Shown: one piece after another, positions 9,202-18,136 of the stretch
How the letters are laid out: each line of letters opens with the position of its first letter
Numbering within the stretch: the first letter of the stretch is position 1
Origin: Tepidisphaera sp.
GTDB taxonomy: Bacteria > Planctomycetota > Phycisphaerae > Phycisphaerales > UBA1924
DNA length: 64,000 bases
Reading direction: 5' to 3'
Assembly (NCBI GenBank): GCA_050916045.1
Contig: CP051526.1
Location: 3,072,001-3,136,000 of the forward strand
Notes under the pieces: model-generated
The model's input: the letters and a program-made list of their open reading frames with translations, nothing else
The model's database searches: none
Told to the model about the DNA's origin: nothing
Made by a program: the position numbers and the translations under genes

Positions 9202-10677
9202 TCAATATCGCAGACCTGCGCAAGCAGCGGCGGCCTCCTCGGCGGTCCGAAAGTACCCCGAGCATCGAACTTCGCCATCGACCATGACTCGGGCGTAGTA
9301 CCGATTTTTGCCAGCGTGGTACGACACGTTCCTGAAGCCCGTCTTGGATCTCTTCGTCGGCGAGGGAGATTCCGCATTTTCGCGAGAAAGAGAAAAGGTC
9401 TCACCCAGAAAGGGAAGCTGCTGCCGAAGCTGTCGCAGACATTCCCACATCCGTGACCAGTTGCGATTTGCATATGCCTTGTTGATGCCTGGCTCCGCAT
9501 GCGCTAGGTACATCTCGCTCTCTTCAAGCGTCCCAAGTCGCTTGATGGCGTCAGCGCCGGTTTTCCTCAGGAAGCGGATCCCAAGACGACGATCAGGGGC
9601 AATCCGCCGAAGCAGCGCCTTCCACGCCTGCTCGACCGCATCCCTCCTGGTCCTCGGCGTTACCTCTACGAGCGGATTTCCATACTCGGTCAGCAGCCAG
9701 CGGCGATCACCGTTGTCGTCTGCTTTGAACGCCCGAAGAAATTGAACGGTCTCGGGCCACAGGCACCAGCGAGCTTCAACGCCAGTCTTGTCTCTGAAGC
9801 GATGGACGAACGGTTCTTCAATGTCAAGGAAGGTCTCGAAGGTCCGCAGGTTCGAGATCTCGCTGGAGGTGAAGCCGCAGTTCAACCCGAGCAGCATGAA
9901 CAGTCGTACCTTGTTACCGGCAGCGGCCCACAACGCCGACAATTCCTCGATAGTGAACGTCGCCACCTCGCCGCTCACGACCTCCATCGCCGCCCGCTCC
10001 CGTTCCTCTGCCGTCGCCATTTGTCTCTGGCGCAAACGGAAAAGTCGTTCGAATCGCTTGGGCTTGTTCCAGGCGCAGCCGTCCATCTCGAAGTACCAGA
10101 CCAGCATGGCCTTCATCTGCCGGACGCAGTTCACGACCGTCTTGATGGCCAAAGGCCGAGGATCTGTCGTCTGATGGTTGCGCCGCCGAGCGAGCGGGCG
10201 ACGAACCATGAGCAGGACAGCCTCTTGAATTTCACGTTCGCCGATTGATGCCAGACGGACGTGCTGTCCCAAGGCGCGTTTGACCCAGCCCAACCGATGC
10301 TCGGTCGAGTGGACGAACGCCCATGAGACCTGCTTCGCCTCGGCCAGACGGCGATACGAGTCGAGGTACAGCGAGCAAACCTCGCCGACAGTCAGGGCGT
10401 TGGCGTCAACGAAGTCGTCCTTCGCCCTCTTGTTCTCGCTAGCGTCGCCGCTGGCGGCCTTCAGAGGCCACACGGTCGCTCCGGCGGCCTTGAGGCGGTT
10501 CCATTCAGCGACAAGTTCAACGGATCGCCTGATGGCCTCCCGCTCGTCGCCGCCGAGGTACCAGCACTTGGGCTGAGGTTGCCCCTTGCGGCCCATCTGG
10601 TAGCCCACGTATTTGCGGTACTGCCCCTGGACCGCTGACCAACTGACGCTGACCGTTTTGCCTGCTCGTCGTTCCAT
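9202..10677 (-). CDS. Tyrosine recombinase/integrase with C-terminal AP2-like DNA-binding domain
   Basis: TVGEVCSLYL core-binding region, LGLNCGFTSSEI, RDKTG, FLRKTGA, YLAH...NKAY; C-terminal SKTGFRNVSY...YYARVMVDG...GYFRTAEEAAAA; adjacent to the tRNA. Confidence 0.8.
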   Translation of the reverse strand: MERRAGKTVSVSWSAVQGQYRKYVGYQMGRKGQPQPKCWYLGGDEREAIRRSVELVAEWNRLKAAGATVWPLKAASGDASENKRAKDDFVDANALTVGEVCSLYLDSYRRLAEAKQVSWAFVHSTEHRLGWVKRALGQHVRLASIGEREIQEAVLLMVRRPLARRRNHQTTDPRPLAIKTVVNCVRQMKAMLVWYFEMDGCAWNKPKRFERLFRLRQRQMATAEERERAAMEVVSGEVATFTIEELSALWAAAGNKVRLFMLLGLNCGFTSSEISNLRTFETFLDIEEPFVHRFRDKTGVEARWCLWPETVQFLRAFKADDNGDRRWLLTEYGNPLVEVTPRTRRDAVEQAWKALLRRIAPDRRLGIRFLRKTGADAIKRLGTLEESEMYLAHAEPGINKAYANRNWSRMWECLRQLRQQLPFLGETFSLSRENAESPSPTKRSKTGFRNVSYHAGKNRYYARVMVDGEVRCSGYFRTAEEAAAACAGLRY

Positions 10678-10802
10678 GACGGCGGTGTGGTACCCGCCGC
10701 TCTTGCCGATCTCAAGCCAGGCGGCGAGCAGAATCCGGTAAGGCGGCGGGAAAAGCTGTCACGATACCGGATTGGGCTGTTAGGGTCCGTTGCCCCAAAA
10801 CG

Positions 10803-10829
10803 AAAAAACCCGCTGTAAACCAGCGGGTT
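10803..10829 (-). terminator. Intrinsic terminator after tRNA-Asp
   Basis: Minus strand reads AACCCGCTG-gttta-CAGCGGGTT followed by a T run. Confidence 0.8.
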
Positions 10830-10837
10830 CCTTCAAA

Positions 10838-10911
<74 letters not shown>

Positions 10912-11014
10912 AGATTGTCTGTCCCGCGGGCTTTCGCCCGCGAGCGGTGCTTTCACACCGATTCTTCCGTCTTTCGCCGCTCGCAAGGCTGTCGAACCTC
11001 GCGAGCGGGAGGTA

Positions 11015-11042
11015 AAGATAGTCTCGATTCACCGGATTTCAA
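11015..11042 (-). promoter_or_regulatory. Possible sigma70-type promoter for tRNA-Asp
   Basis: TTGAAA-N16-TATCTT on the minus strand about 100 nt upstream of the tRNA. Confidence 0.4.
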
Positions 11043-11132
11043 GTCAAATCCGGGTTTCGTCCTCGGGTCCTTTGCTCGGAATGCGTCCGAGAGCCCGCGA
11101 CCCCGAAGGGCCACGCCACAAGCCCCGCCCGA

Positions 11133-11333
11133 TCACTTCTTGAACGTGATCTTCTTCGGGTCCTGCAGCGAGAACGGCGACCCGTCCGGGGAGACCTTGC
11201 TCGCCGCCTGGAACATCACAAAGCACGCCACCGCCATCGCGATGACCGCCAGAGCGGCCAACCCGGCGAAGACGTCCGGCGCCGAACCCCGGCGAACCCG
11301 ACCACCCGGCATCTGCATTCCAAACTGACTCAT
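11133..11333 (-). CDS. Small single-pass membrane protein
   Basis: GGAG RBS; 66 aa with one hydrophobic helix; host-like codons. Confidence 0.7.
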   Translation of the reverse strand: MSQFGMQMPGGRVRRGSAPDVFAGLAALAVIAMAVACFVMFQAASKVSPDGSPFSLQDPKKITFKK

Positions 11334-11438
11334 CGAACGCTCCTCGCGCCGTCGGCGCGTCGCAGATCTGCTTGATCCATCCGGCCCGAGCCAAGTCGGC
11401 CCGAACCGCCCGCGGCTCCCGAGGGGAGCCTCGCGGCA

Positions 11439-12302
11439 TTACTGAAGGTTGCTCTGAACAACGTCGCCGACCTGCACCGACACGGAGCGGCCCAGGAGGT
11501 CGATCTTGCCGATCGCGTACTTGAGGTCGGTCTTGAGGACCACCAGGTTCCCGACGAACTCGTTGTCGCGGCGGATGGCGAGCTTCATGTTCTCGCGGAT
11601 GTTGTCGTTGGCACCGACGCTGATCTTGGCGAGAAGCTCGCCCGTCGCGTCGTCCTTGGTCACTTCCTCGACCTTGCCCGAGATCGTCGGGCCGGTGTAG
11701 ACGAACGGCTCGTTGGACTTCGCGGCCCCGAGGGTCGCGCCGCCGGCCCGAAGAGCGTCAAGCTGAGACTTGGCTTCCGCGAGCTGCTCGCGGACGAGCT
11801 TCTTCTCGTTCTCGGCCGCGTCATAGCTGCGGCGGAGGTCGGCGATGGCCTTCTCAAGCTCGGCGTTCCGCTTGGCAATCTCGACCTGCTTCGTGCGGCT
11901 GTCGTCGGCGTCCTTGCGGAGGCCTTCGATCAAAGCCGTCTGCGTGCCGTTGGTCGTCGCGAGCTGCGTCGCGAGAGCCTGCGCCTTGTCGGACCCATCC
12001 TGAAGGGTCCGCTGGGTGGCGAGCATCTGAAGGACACGCGTCTCAAGCTCGCGCATCGAGTTCGCGGCCTTCTCAGCGTCGCTCTTGGCCCGCTGGGCTT
12101 CCTGCTTGGCCGCAGAAAGCTGGGTCGCCTGCTCGAGCGCCAGAGCCTGCTGCCCGCCCTGGAACGAAGCCAGCTGCGCCTGCAGGTTCGTGTAGTCGCT
12201 GGCCACACGATCAGAGTTCACCGCGTACGAAATCACGAGCGCGGAAAGGAAGACGCTGAGAATCGTCGCGAACACGACCAGAACCTTGGTGACAAAATGC
12301 AC
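11439..12302 (-). CDS. Membrane-anchored coiled-coil protein with C-terminal beta-barrel (FlgT-C-like)
   Basis: N-terminal TM helix, long A/Q/E/K/L heptad region, C-terminal ISVG.ND.I...VG.L.V...VQVGDVV. Confidence 0.8.
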   Translation of the reverse strand: MHFVTKVLVVFATILSVFLSALVISYAVNSDRVASDYTNLQAQLASFQGGQQALALEQATQLSAAKQEAQRAKSDAEKAANSMRELETRVLQMLATQRTLQDGSDKAQALATQLATTNGTQTALIEGLRKDADDSRTKQVEIAKRNAELEKAIADLRRSYDAAENEKKLVREQLAEAKSQLDALRAGGATLGAAKSNEPFVYTGPTISGKVEEVTKDDATGELLAKISVGANDNIRENMKLAIRRDNEFVGNLVVLKTDLKYAIGKIDLLGRSVSVQVGDVVQSNLQ

Positions 12303-12695
12303 GGTCTACTCCTGTCTAACGGGCCAACTCGACTGCTTTCCGTTCCCTTCCGGCAAACGGTGCTCTTTCCACGCCGCAAGCCCCACCAACCTCACCAATC
12401 CGGTCCCCAATCGCCCAAAACCGCTTCGGGACGCTCCGGCTCTCGCCGAATCCCCCCCAAACCCGCCCACTCCCTTGGCTCTTCCGACGGTGCGGCACCA
12501 AAGCACGGCACACGCCTGGAAAAGTCCTTACGAAGCCGGGCGGAGGTTCGGTTCCGGGAAAGGGCCGACTATAGGTCGAGCCGTCGCCGCTTTGACGCCG
12601 GGTTGGGATAAATAACGGATCCCGCCGCCGCTGTCAACCGCCCCGGAAACAGGGCTCCCCCCGGGAGCCCAAACACAAACCTTCCAGCCCCGCCT

Positions 12696-14192
12696 TCACC
12701 TCGTGAGAGCACCGGTCCGGCGGGCAATCTTGAGCACCGCCGCCGCCGCCGTGATCCGCACCTGCTCGACCGGGTCCTGCATCAGCTCGACAAGCTTGGG
12801 CAGATGCTCCGGACGACCCGTGTCCCCGTAGACGGCGGCCGCCTGTGCGCGCAAAGCCGGGTCCTCGTTCTTGTGGAACTCATCCGCGATGAAGCCGCCG
12901 CGGTCCAGGCCGAGTTTGCCCAGCGAGGACGCGATCTGCATCCGAACTTCGGCCGGATAAAGCTGCTTGGAGGTCGGATCGCGATACGCGGAGAGGTAGA
13001 CCATCTGATCGATGGGCTTCTTGTCGCCAAGCTCGCCCAGAATCTGCGCCGCGGCGGCGGTGGCTTCGAGATCGTCCGGCCGACCCGGCGTGAGCGCCGC
13101 GCGGATGCTCTCGATCTGGGCCGTGTCACCGAGCTTGAACATCGCTTCGGCGAACTGGAGCATCATGTTGTTGTACTCGCCGGGCGCGGCCAGGGGCATC
13201 TTTCGAGCCGCCGCGTCCTTGAGCATCGGGAGCGCCGAGTCGTTGCCGATCTCGCCGATCAGGAACGCGACGTGCGCACGAATCCGGGGGGAAGGGCTGG
13301 TGAAGAGAAGCTCACCCAGTCGCGACATCTTCGCGTCGTCCACGACCTCGCCGTTCCTCGCCAAAGCCATGATGGCAGACGTCTCGACATAGGGCGAAGC
13401 GTTGGAAAGCAGCGCCCGCGTGCGCGGCGCGAGCGACACCAGCCGCTGCTTGCCGATCGTCATCGCAGCCACCGACTGCACTCCCTCGTTCTGATCGGCC
13501 AGACCCGCGACGATCACGCTTTCGAGGCGGCGGGACGTCATGCCCGCGGCTTCCACCGCGTTGGCACGAACGTCGGGCTGCGGGCTCCGCGAGAGCGATT
13601 CGATCAGCGAGATCGCGTACTCGGTGATGCCGGCTTCGGTCGCCAGATCGGCGGTCGTCGTAGCCGGAGCGGCGGGAGCCGGGGCGTCAGCACGCACCGG
13701 CGCGGCTTCTGGACGCGGCGTAGGGCGCTCGACCGGCTGGGGCGCCGGAGTGGCGGGCTTGCTCGGGGTGGAGTCGTCCAGATCGATCGCGGGCTCGCGC
13801 GAGGGCGTCGCGGGCTTGGGGGTGCTTCCCGCCGCAACCGGCTTGGCCGGGGGGGGCGTGGAGGGCGTGGAGGGCGTGGAGGGCGTCGCCGCGGGCGTCG
13901 AAGGATCGTCAAGCTCAATGGCCGGAGCAGGACGGTTCGCGTTGCCAGAGGGGGTGGAGGGCTTGGGCGCCGCCGCGGGCTGGGCCGTGTTCGAAGCGAC
14001 CGCCCGGCTGGGATCGCGATAAACCTCACCGTCCGCGGAGACCGCCGGCGCGCCGGGACGCACGATGCGGGGCCGGCTCTTGTCCGCGATCGGCGAGCCC
14101 GTGCGTTCAGGGCCGGATTCGCACCCCCCCGCCATCGCGACCAGACCCGCCGCCAAAGCCATACGCAACGCCCATCGTGCCTGCTGTCCCAT
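12696..14192 (-). CDS. HEAT-repeat lipoprotein with Pro/Ala/Thr/Ser linker
   Basis: GAGGAG RBS, lipobox MAGGC, low-complexity linker, repeated HEAT units (VRANAVEA, IRAHVAFLIGEIG, LRAQAAAVYG). Confidence 0.85.
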   Translation of the reverse strand: MGQQARWALRMALAAGLVAMAGGCESGPERTGSPIADKSRPRIVRPGAPAVSADGEVYRDPSRAVASNTAQPAAAPKPSTPSGNANRPAPAIELDDPSTPAATPSTPSTPSTPPPAKPVAAGSTPKPATPSREPAIDLDDSTPSKPATPAPQPVERPTPRPEAAPVRADAPAPAAPATTTADLATEAGITEYAISLIESLSRSPQPDVRANAVEAAGMTSRRLESVIVAGLADQNEGVQSVAAMTIGKQRLVSLAPRTRALLSNASPYVETSAIMALARNGEVVDDAKMSRLGELLFTSPSPRIRAHVAFLIGEIGNDSALPMLKDAAARKMPLAAPGEYNNMMLQFAEAMFKLGDTAQIESIRAALTPGRPDDLEATAAAAQILGELGDKKPIDQMVYLSAYRDPTSKQLYPAEVRMQIASSLGKLGLDRGGFIADEFHKNEDPALRAQAAAVYGDTGRPEHLPKLVELMQDPVEQVRITAAAAVLKIARRTGALTR

Positions 14193-14212
14193 TCGTGAAA
14201 CTCCTCGCGGGC

Positions 14213-15988
14213 TTAGGCCGCCCGGGTTGACTCTTCCGCTTTCCGATCTCTGCGACGCTTGAACGCTCGCCACGCCGTCCGAAGCGACATGCCGATCAGG
14301 CCGCCCAAGCAGCCCCACCCAGCAAGATCGCCCAGCCGGCCATACCACGACAACGCCGCTCCGGTTCGGAGTGTACCGACGATCACGCCGTCGCGATCGA
14401 AGGTCCGCGGCGGGACCCCTTCCACACCCAAAGCCAAAGCCGCCGCCGAATCGGGCTCGACGAACCGCCCGTGATGGTCGATCAACGCCGACAAACCGGT
14501 GTTCGCCGCCCGGGCCATCGGCGTAGCGAGTTCCAGACAACGCCAGCGGCCAAGCCGAAGGTGGCTCTCTCGGCCGCTGACCTGCCCCGCGAACCACCCG
14601 TCGTTGGTCATGCACGCGATCAGGTCGGCGCGGCGACCGCTCAGCCCGCCCACCAGCGCGCCCACGTGGTCCGCATCCGTCGACTCAAAGCAGATCGGCG
14701 TGACGACGCGAAGGGTGTCGGGCTTGGAGCCGCCGACCCCGGGCCGCGACCCGAGCGGGACCGGGAAGACCGTCGGCTCCACGCCGGAAGCCAGATCCAC
14801 CCGCATCCCCCCCGCCGCCAGATCCAGCAGCTTGTCTCGAAGCCAGGGCCAGTGCGATGCGTACGGAATCGTCTCTCCAAACGGCGTGGGCTCGAGCTTG
14901 TCGTACCGACCCGTCCACACGCTCCCGTCACCGAGGACAACGTACGAGCTGTTGTACCGGGCCCGGTACCGCTCGCGCCAGCGCCCGTCGACCTTGGCGA
15001 AGTTCAGTCCCTCAATCGTCTCCTGCCCCACAATTGTCGGCACTCCCGTACGACGGACGATCTCGCGCACGATCTCTGCCCGCGTGATCTCGTTCCCAAG
15101 CCCGCGCAGCTCGGGGTGCTCGCCCAGAATCGCGCGCGTCTCAGCGATCTGCCCGTCCGTCAGGACCCAGCCGGCTTTCATCGTCTCCGGCCAGATGATG
15201 AGGTCCGGGTTCGCGCGGCCAGCCACGATCGACAGGGTGAGGAGCCGCTCAAAGTCCGCCTGCGCCTTACCCGAAGACCAGGCGAGTTTGTTGCTCTGCG
15301 GCACGTTCGTCTGAACGATCGCGACGCGCACGTCGACGCCGCCCTCGGGGCCACGGCTTCCGACGGCGGAAAGCGTGCCCCAGACGACCGCGATGATGAC
15401 AACGCCAAGCAGCGGCTTGGTCGAGCGCCGCACCACGGCTTGCACCACGCACGCGGCCACCAGAACGACGAGCAGACCCACGCCATAGAGACCGACGACC
15501 GCGCCGGCCGCGGCCAGCGGAAAGAACTCAATCAGCGGCTCACCCGCCAGATACCACGCGTACCCGCCGAAAATGATCTCGCCCCGAATCACGTCGAGGC
15601 CGACCCAGACCGCCCCCGCCGCGAGCACGCACGCCCACCAGCGGCCGCTCGTCCACGATTCGCGCGTCGCGCGGCTCAAGGCCCACACGCACAGGCCCGG
15701 CCAAATCGAGAGATAGACGGCAAGCGGCGCGACCCCCGCGGCGGTGATCTCACCGATGAACGCGTGGCTGAAAACCCAGAACGGCGCGGTACCGATCGCG
15801 AACAGTCCCGCCCGCTTCCAGTTCACCGCGCCCGACATCCCAACCCACAGCGCGGGCAGCGGCACCGCAAGCGCGAGAAACCAAAGCGACGGCGAGCCGT
15901 ATGCAGCGAACATCAAGCCAGATTGCAGAAGTCCGAGCGCCAGTGCGATCACGCGCGATGATAGACCGCCCGCGTGTTCATGCGTCAA
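14213..15988 (-). CDS. lnt: Apolipoprotein N-acyltransferase
   Basis: Multiple TM helices; IVQTNV, IIWPET, YDKLEPTPFGE, PICFES, TNDGWF, RAANTGLS. Confidence 0.93.
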   Translation of the reverse strand: MTHEHAGGLSSRVIALALGLLQSGLMFAAYGSPSLWFLALAVPLPALWVGMSGAVNWKRAGLFAIGTAPFWVFSHAFIGEITAAGVAPLAVYLSIWPGLCVWALSRATRESWTSGRWWACVLAAGAVWVGLDVIRGEIIFGGYAWYLAGEPLIEFFPLAAAGAVVGLYGVGLLVVLVAACVVQAVVRRSTKPLLGVVIIAVVWGTLSAVGSRGPEGGVDVRVAIVQTNVPQSNKLAWSSGKAQADFERLLTLSIVAGRANPDLIIWPETMKAGWVLTDGQIAETRAILGEHPELRGLGNEITRAEIVREIVRRTGVPTIVGQETIEGLNFAKVDGRWRERYRARYNSSYVVLGDGSVWTGRYDKLEPTPFGETIPYASHWPWLRDKLLDLAAGGMRVDLASGVEPTVFPVPLGSRPGVGGSKPDTLRVVTPICFESTDADHVGALVGGLSGRRADLIACMTNDGWFAGQVSGRESHLRLGRWRCLELATPMARAANTGLSALIDHHGRFVEPDSAAALALGVEGVPPRTFDRDGVIVGTLRTGAALSWYGRLGDLAGWGCLGGLIGMSLRTAWRAFKRRRDRKAEESTRAA

Positions 15989-16527
15989 AGCCAGAGCGTC
16001 TCGGCGTCGCCAGACGCTTTGCTCGTCAGATCAAGCCGCTGCAAAAGCATCCGCATCCCCGTCACATCGCGCTCGTCAAAAGCCTCGGTGTGGTAGCTGT
16101 CGGCGTCGAGCACGCCCCAGCAATTCCCCTCATCATCCAGGAGAGGCACGCAGAGCTCGCTCTTGTCGAGCGGGTCACACGCGATGTAGTCCGCTCCCAA
16201 CGTCGCCACGTCCGGCACCACGACCGGGCGGCGCTCCTTCCAGCAGCGGCCGCACACGCCGTGCAGGCCGATCGGCGAGCAGGCGGGCTTGTTGCGACTT
16301 GGGCCGAGGATCATCTCATCGGCCCCGTCGACCTTCGTGTAGAAACCGATCCACGAGATCGTCGGGTGGAACTCGTCATCAACCGCCCCCTCGGCGGGGT
16401 GAATCGGAATGGAGAACTGGTCCCAGAGCAGATCGATGGCGAGCTTCATCCGTTCGGCGCGATCGCCGACAGGCTTGGCTTTGGCCAGAACCGGCGCGTA
16501 AACGCGATTGAGATTCTTTTTCGCCAT
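15985..16527 (-). CDS. GAF-domain protein (free methionine-R-sulfoxide reductase-like)
   Basis: WIGFY, LGP...PAC, GVCG, YIACD..KSELCVP, GVLDADS...FDERD. Confidence 0.8.
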   Translation of the reverse strand: MAKKNLNRVYAPVLAKAKPVGDRAERMKLAIDLLWDQFSIPIHPAEGAVDDEFHPTISWIGFYTKVDGADEMILGPSRNKPACSPIGLHGVCGRCWKERRPVVVPDVATLGADYIACDPLDKSELCVPLLDDEGNCWGVLDADSYHTEAFDERDVTGMRMLLQRLDLTSKASGDAETLWL

Positions 16528-16584
16528 GGACCCGCCACACCCGGCGGACACTGCTTGAGATCCGGCCGGAGAGGCCGGGTGAGA

Positions 16585-16827
16585 TTACACCGTCGCGGAG
16601 GTGAACGGGAGCAGAGCCATGAAACGGGCCCGCTTGATCGCCTGGGCGAGCATGCGCTGCTCGGCGGCCGACGCGGAGAGCCGCTTGCGGCCCATGATCT
16701 TGCCGTTGGGGCTCATGAGACGGCGAAGGGTTTCGACGTCCTTCCAATCGACGTACACGGCGCCCTTGGGGGCGACCTTGGTGATGCGGGGCTTGGCGAC
16801 AGGGCCGAATCGGGCAAACTTGCTCAT
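16585..16827 (-). CDS. rpsR: 30S ribosomal protein S18
   Basis: VDWKDVETLRRLMSPNGKIMGRKR...QRMLAQAIKRARFMALLPF. Confidence 0.93.
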   Translation of the reverse strand: MSKFARFGPVAKPRITKVAPKGAVYVDWKDVETLRRLMSPNGKIMGRKRLSASAAEQRMLAQAIKRARFMALLPFTSATV

Positions 16828-16978
16828 GGGATCTTCCGCCGGCAAAGCCGGCCTCCGTCTTGGGCTTCGGGCCCGCTCCTGTCCGGTCCATCCGGACGTA
16901 GAGCGGGCGACGGTGCGAGAGGGATGATAGGGAGACCCCGAGCGTGCTTCCAGCCGCCGGCGGGCACGGGCCCAGACC

Positions 16979-17485
16979 TTAGTCCAGCCAACCCTTATCA
17001 TACCCGAACCGGCCGCCGCCCCGCCGCGCGATGATCCAGAAGAGGGACATCAAGACGAGGTTCTCGCCGACCTTACAAAGTCCAACCGCACCTTCGCAGA
17101 TCAGCTTGAATCGGCCGAAGCAGCCGCAGGAGATGTTGAGCCCTCGGATCAGAACCGACGCCACGCCAACGGTGAAGACGACGAGCAGCAGGAATCCGAG
17201 CAGACCCGCGGCCCGCGAAGCGATGCCCAGGATCAGGCAGATCCCCACCACCACCTCGGTCCAAGGGACGGCGAAGGTCACCAGCGGCACCCACGCTTCG
17301 GGAACCAGCTCGAACGACCGCACGGCCTGTGCGAAGAAGTGCATGCCGGGCAGCGGGCCCAGCCCGAGGATGTTCGCCGGGGACAGCTTCATCCACGCGC
17401 TGAACAGGAACATCGCTCCGAGCGCCACGCGGATGACGAGAAGCAGGACGGACTCGGGTTTGGAGGGGTGCAGCGGCTTGAGCAC
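16979..17485 (-). CDS. MauE/DoxX family membrane protein
   Basis: IRVALGAMFLFSAWMK, VPWTEVVVGICLILG, RGLNISCGCFG. Confidence 0.88.
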   Translation of the reverse strand: MLKPLHPSKPESVLLLVIRVALGAMFLFSAWMKLSPANILGLGPLPGMHFFAQAVRSFELVPEAWVPLVTFAVPWTEVVVGICLILGIASRAAGLLGFLLLVVFTVGVASVLIRGLNISCGCFGRFKLICEGAVGLCKVGENLVLMSLFWIIARRGGGRFGYDKGWLD

Positions 17486-17488
17486 GGG

Positions 17489-18127
17489 TTACTCCGTCGG
17501 AAGCCCGGCGGCTTTCCATTCCTCGACGCTGCTGGTCATGACGAATGCCTGCTTGAAACCGACGGCTTTGAGCGTCTCCTGCAACTGGTCTGCTTCGTGG
17601 CAGTCCTTGCCGTAGCAGTAGACGACGTGCACGGCGTTCTGGTCGGCGTTCTGGAAGAACTCCTTCCACGCTTCGCTGTTGCCCTGAACGTCGACGTTGC
17701 GGAGGTTGATCGCGCCCTGAACGCGTCCGACGGCGTACTCCTCGGGCTTGCGCCCGTCGATGAAGGTCGCGCCGCTCGCGTAAAGCGTGTAGGCCTGAGC
17801 GATTTCGAGCTTCACGGGAAGTTTGGAGACGTCAAGATCGGGGATCAAGGCGACAGGGCCGGCGGGACTGGCTGGATTGGCCGGCGCAGAAGGCTCCCGA
17901 GTGGGCTCCTTGGCGGGCTCTTTCACCGGCTCTTTCACAGGCTCTTTCGCGGGTTCCTTGACGGGGTCCTTGGCCGGATCCTTCGTCGGGTCCTTCGCCG
18001 GCGTTCCGCTTGTCTGAGCGGCGGGCTTGTTCTCGATCGTCGGGGTTGGGCGCAGGGCGCGGTCGGCGAAAGCCAGCCCGAGTCCGATGAGCGCGATCAC
18101 GATCGCTTGTGCGTACACCTTTCCCAC
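17489..18127 (-). CDS. Membrane-anchored rhodanese-domain protein with K(D/E)Px repeat linker
   Basis: FIDGRKPEEYAVGRVQGAINL, VVYCYGKDC, WKAAGLP; N-terminal hydrophobic segment. Confidence 0.88.
   Translation of the reverse strand: MGKVYAQAIVIALIGLGLAFADRALRPTPTIENKPAAQTSGTPAKDPTKDPAKDPVKEPAKEPVKEPVKEPAKEPTREPSAPANPASPAGPVALIPDLDVSKLPVKLEIAQAYTLYASGATFIDGRKPEEYAVGRVQGAINLRNVDVQGNSEAWKEFFQNADQNAVHVVYCYGKDCHEADQLQETLKAVGFKQAFVMTSSVEEWKAAGLPTE
17888..17995 (-). repeat. 9 x 12-nt coding tandem repeat
   Basis: Encodes KDPT KDPA KDPV KEPA KEPV KEPV KEPA KEPT REPS. Confidence 0.85.
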
Positions 18128-18136
18128 AGCCGTCTC

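Larger units (their letters stand above)
4500..10837. mobile_element. Degenerating integrative island downstream of tRNA-Asp (left boundary approximate)
   Basis: Tyrosine recombinase next to the tRNA 3' end; defence-type cargo; pseudogene; visibly lower GC and different codon usage. No clear att duplication found. Confidence 0.7.

Noticed and set aside
13740..13990. 9-nt and IELDD/IDLDD repeats in the HEAT lipoprotein
   Set aside because: Ordinary low-complexity linker repeats.
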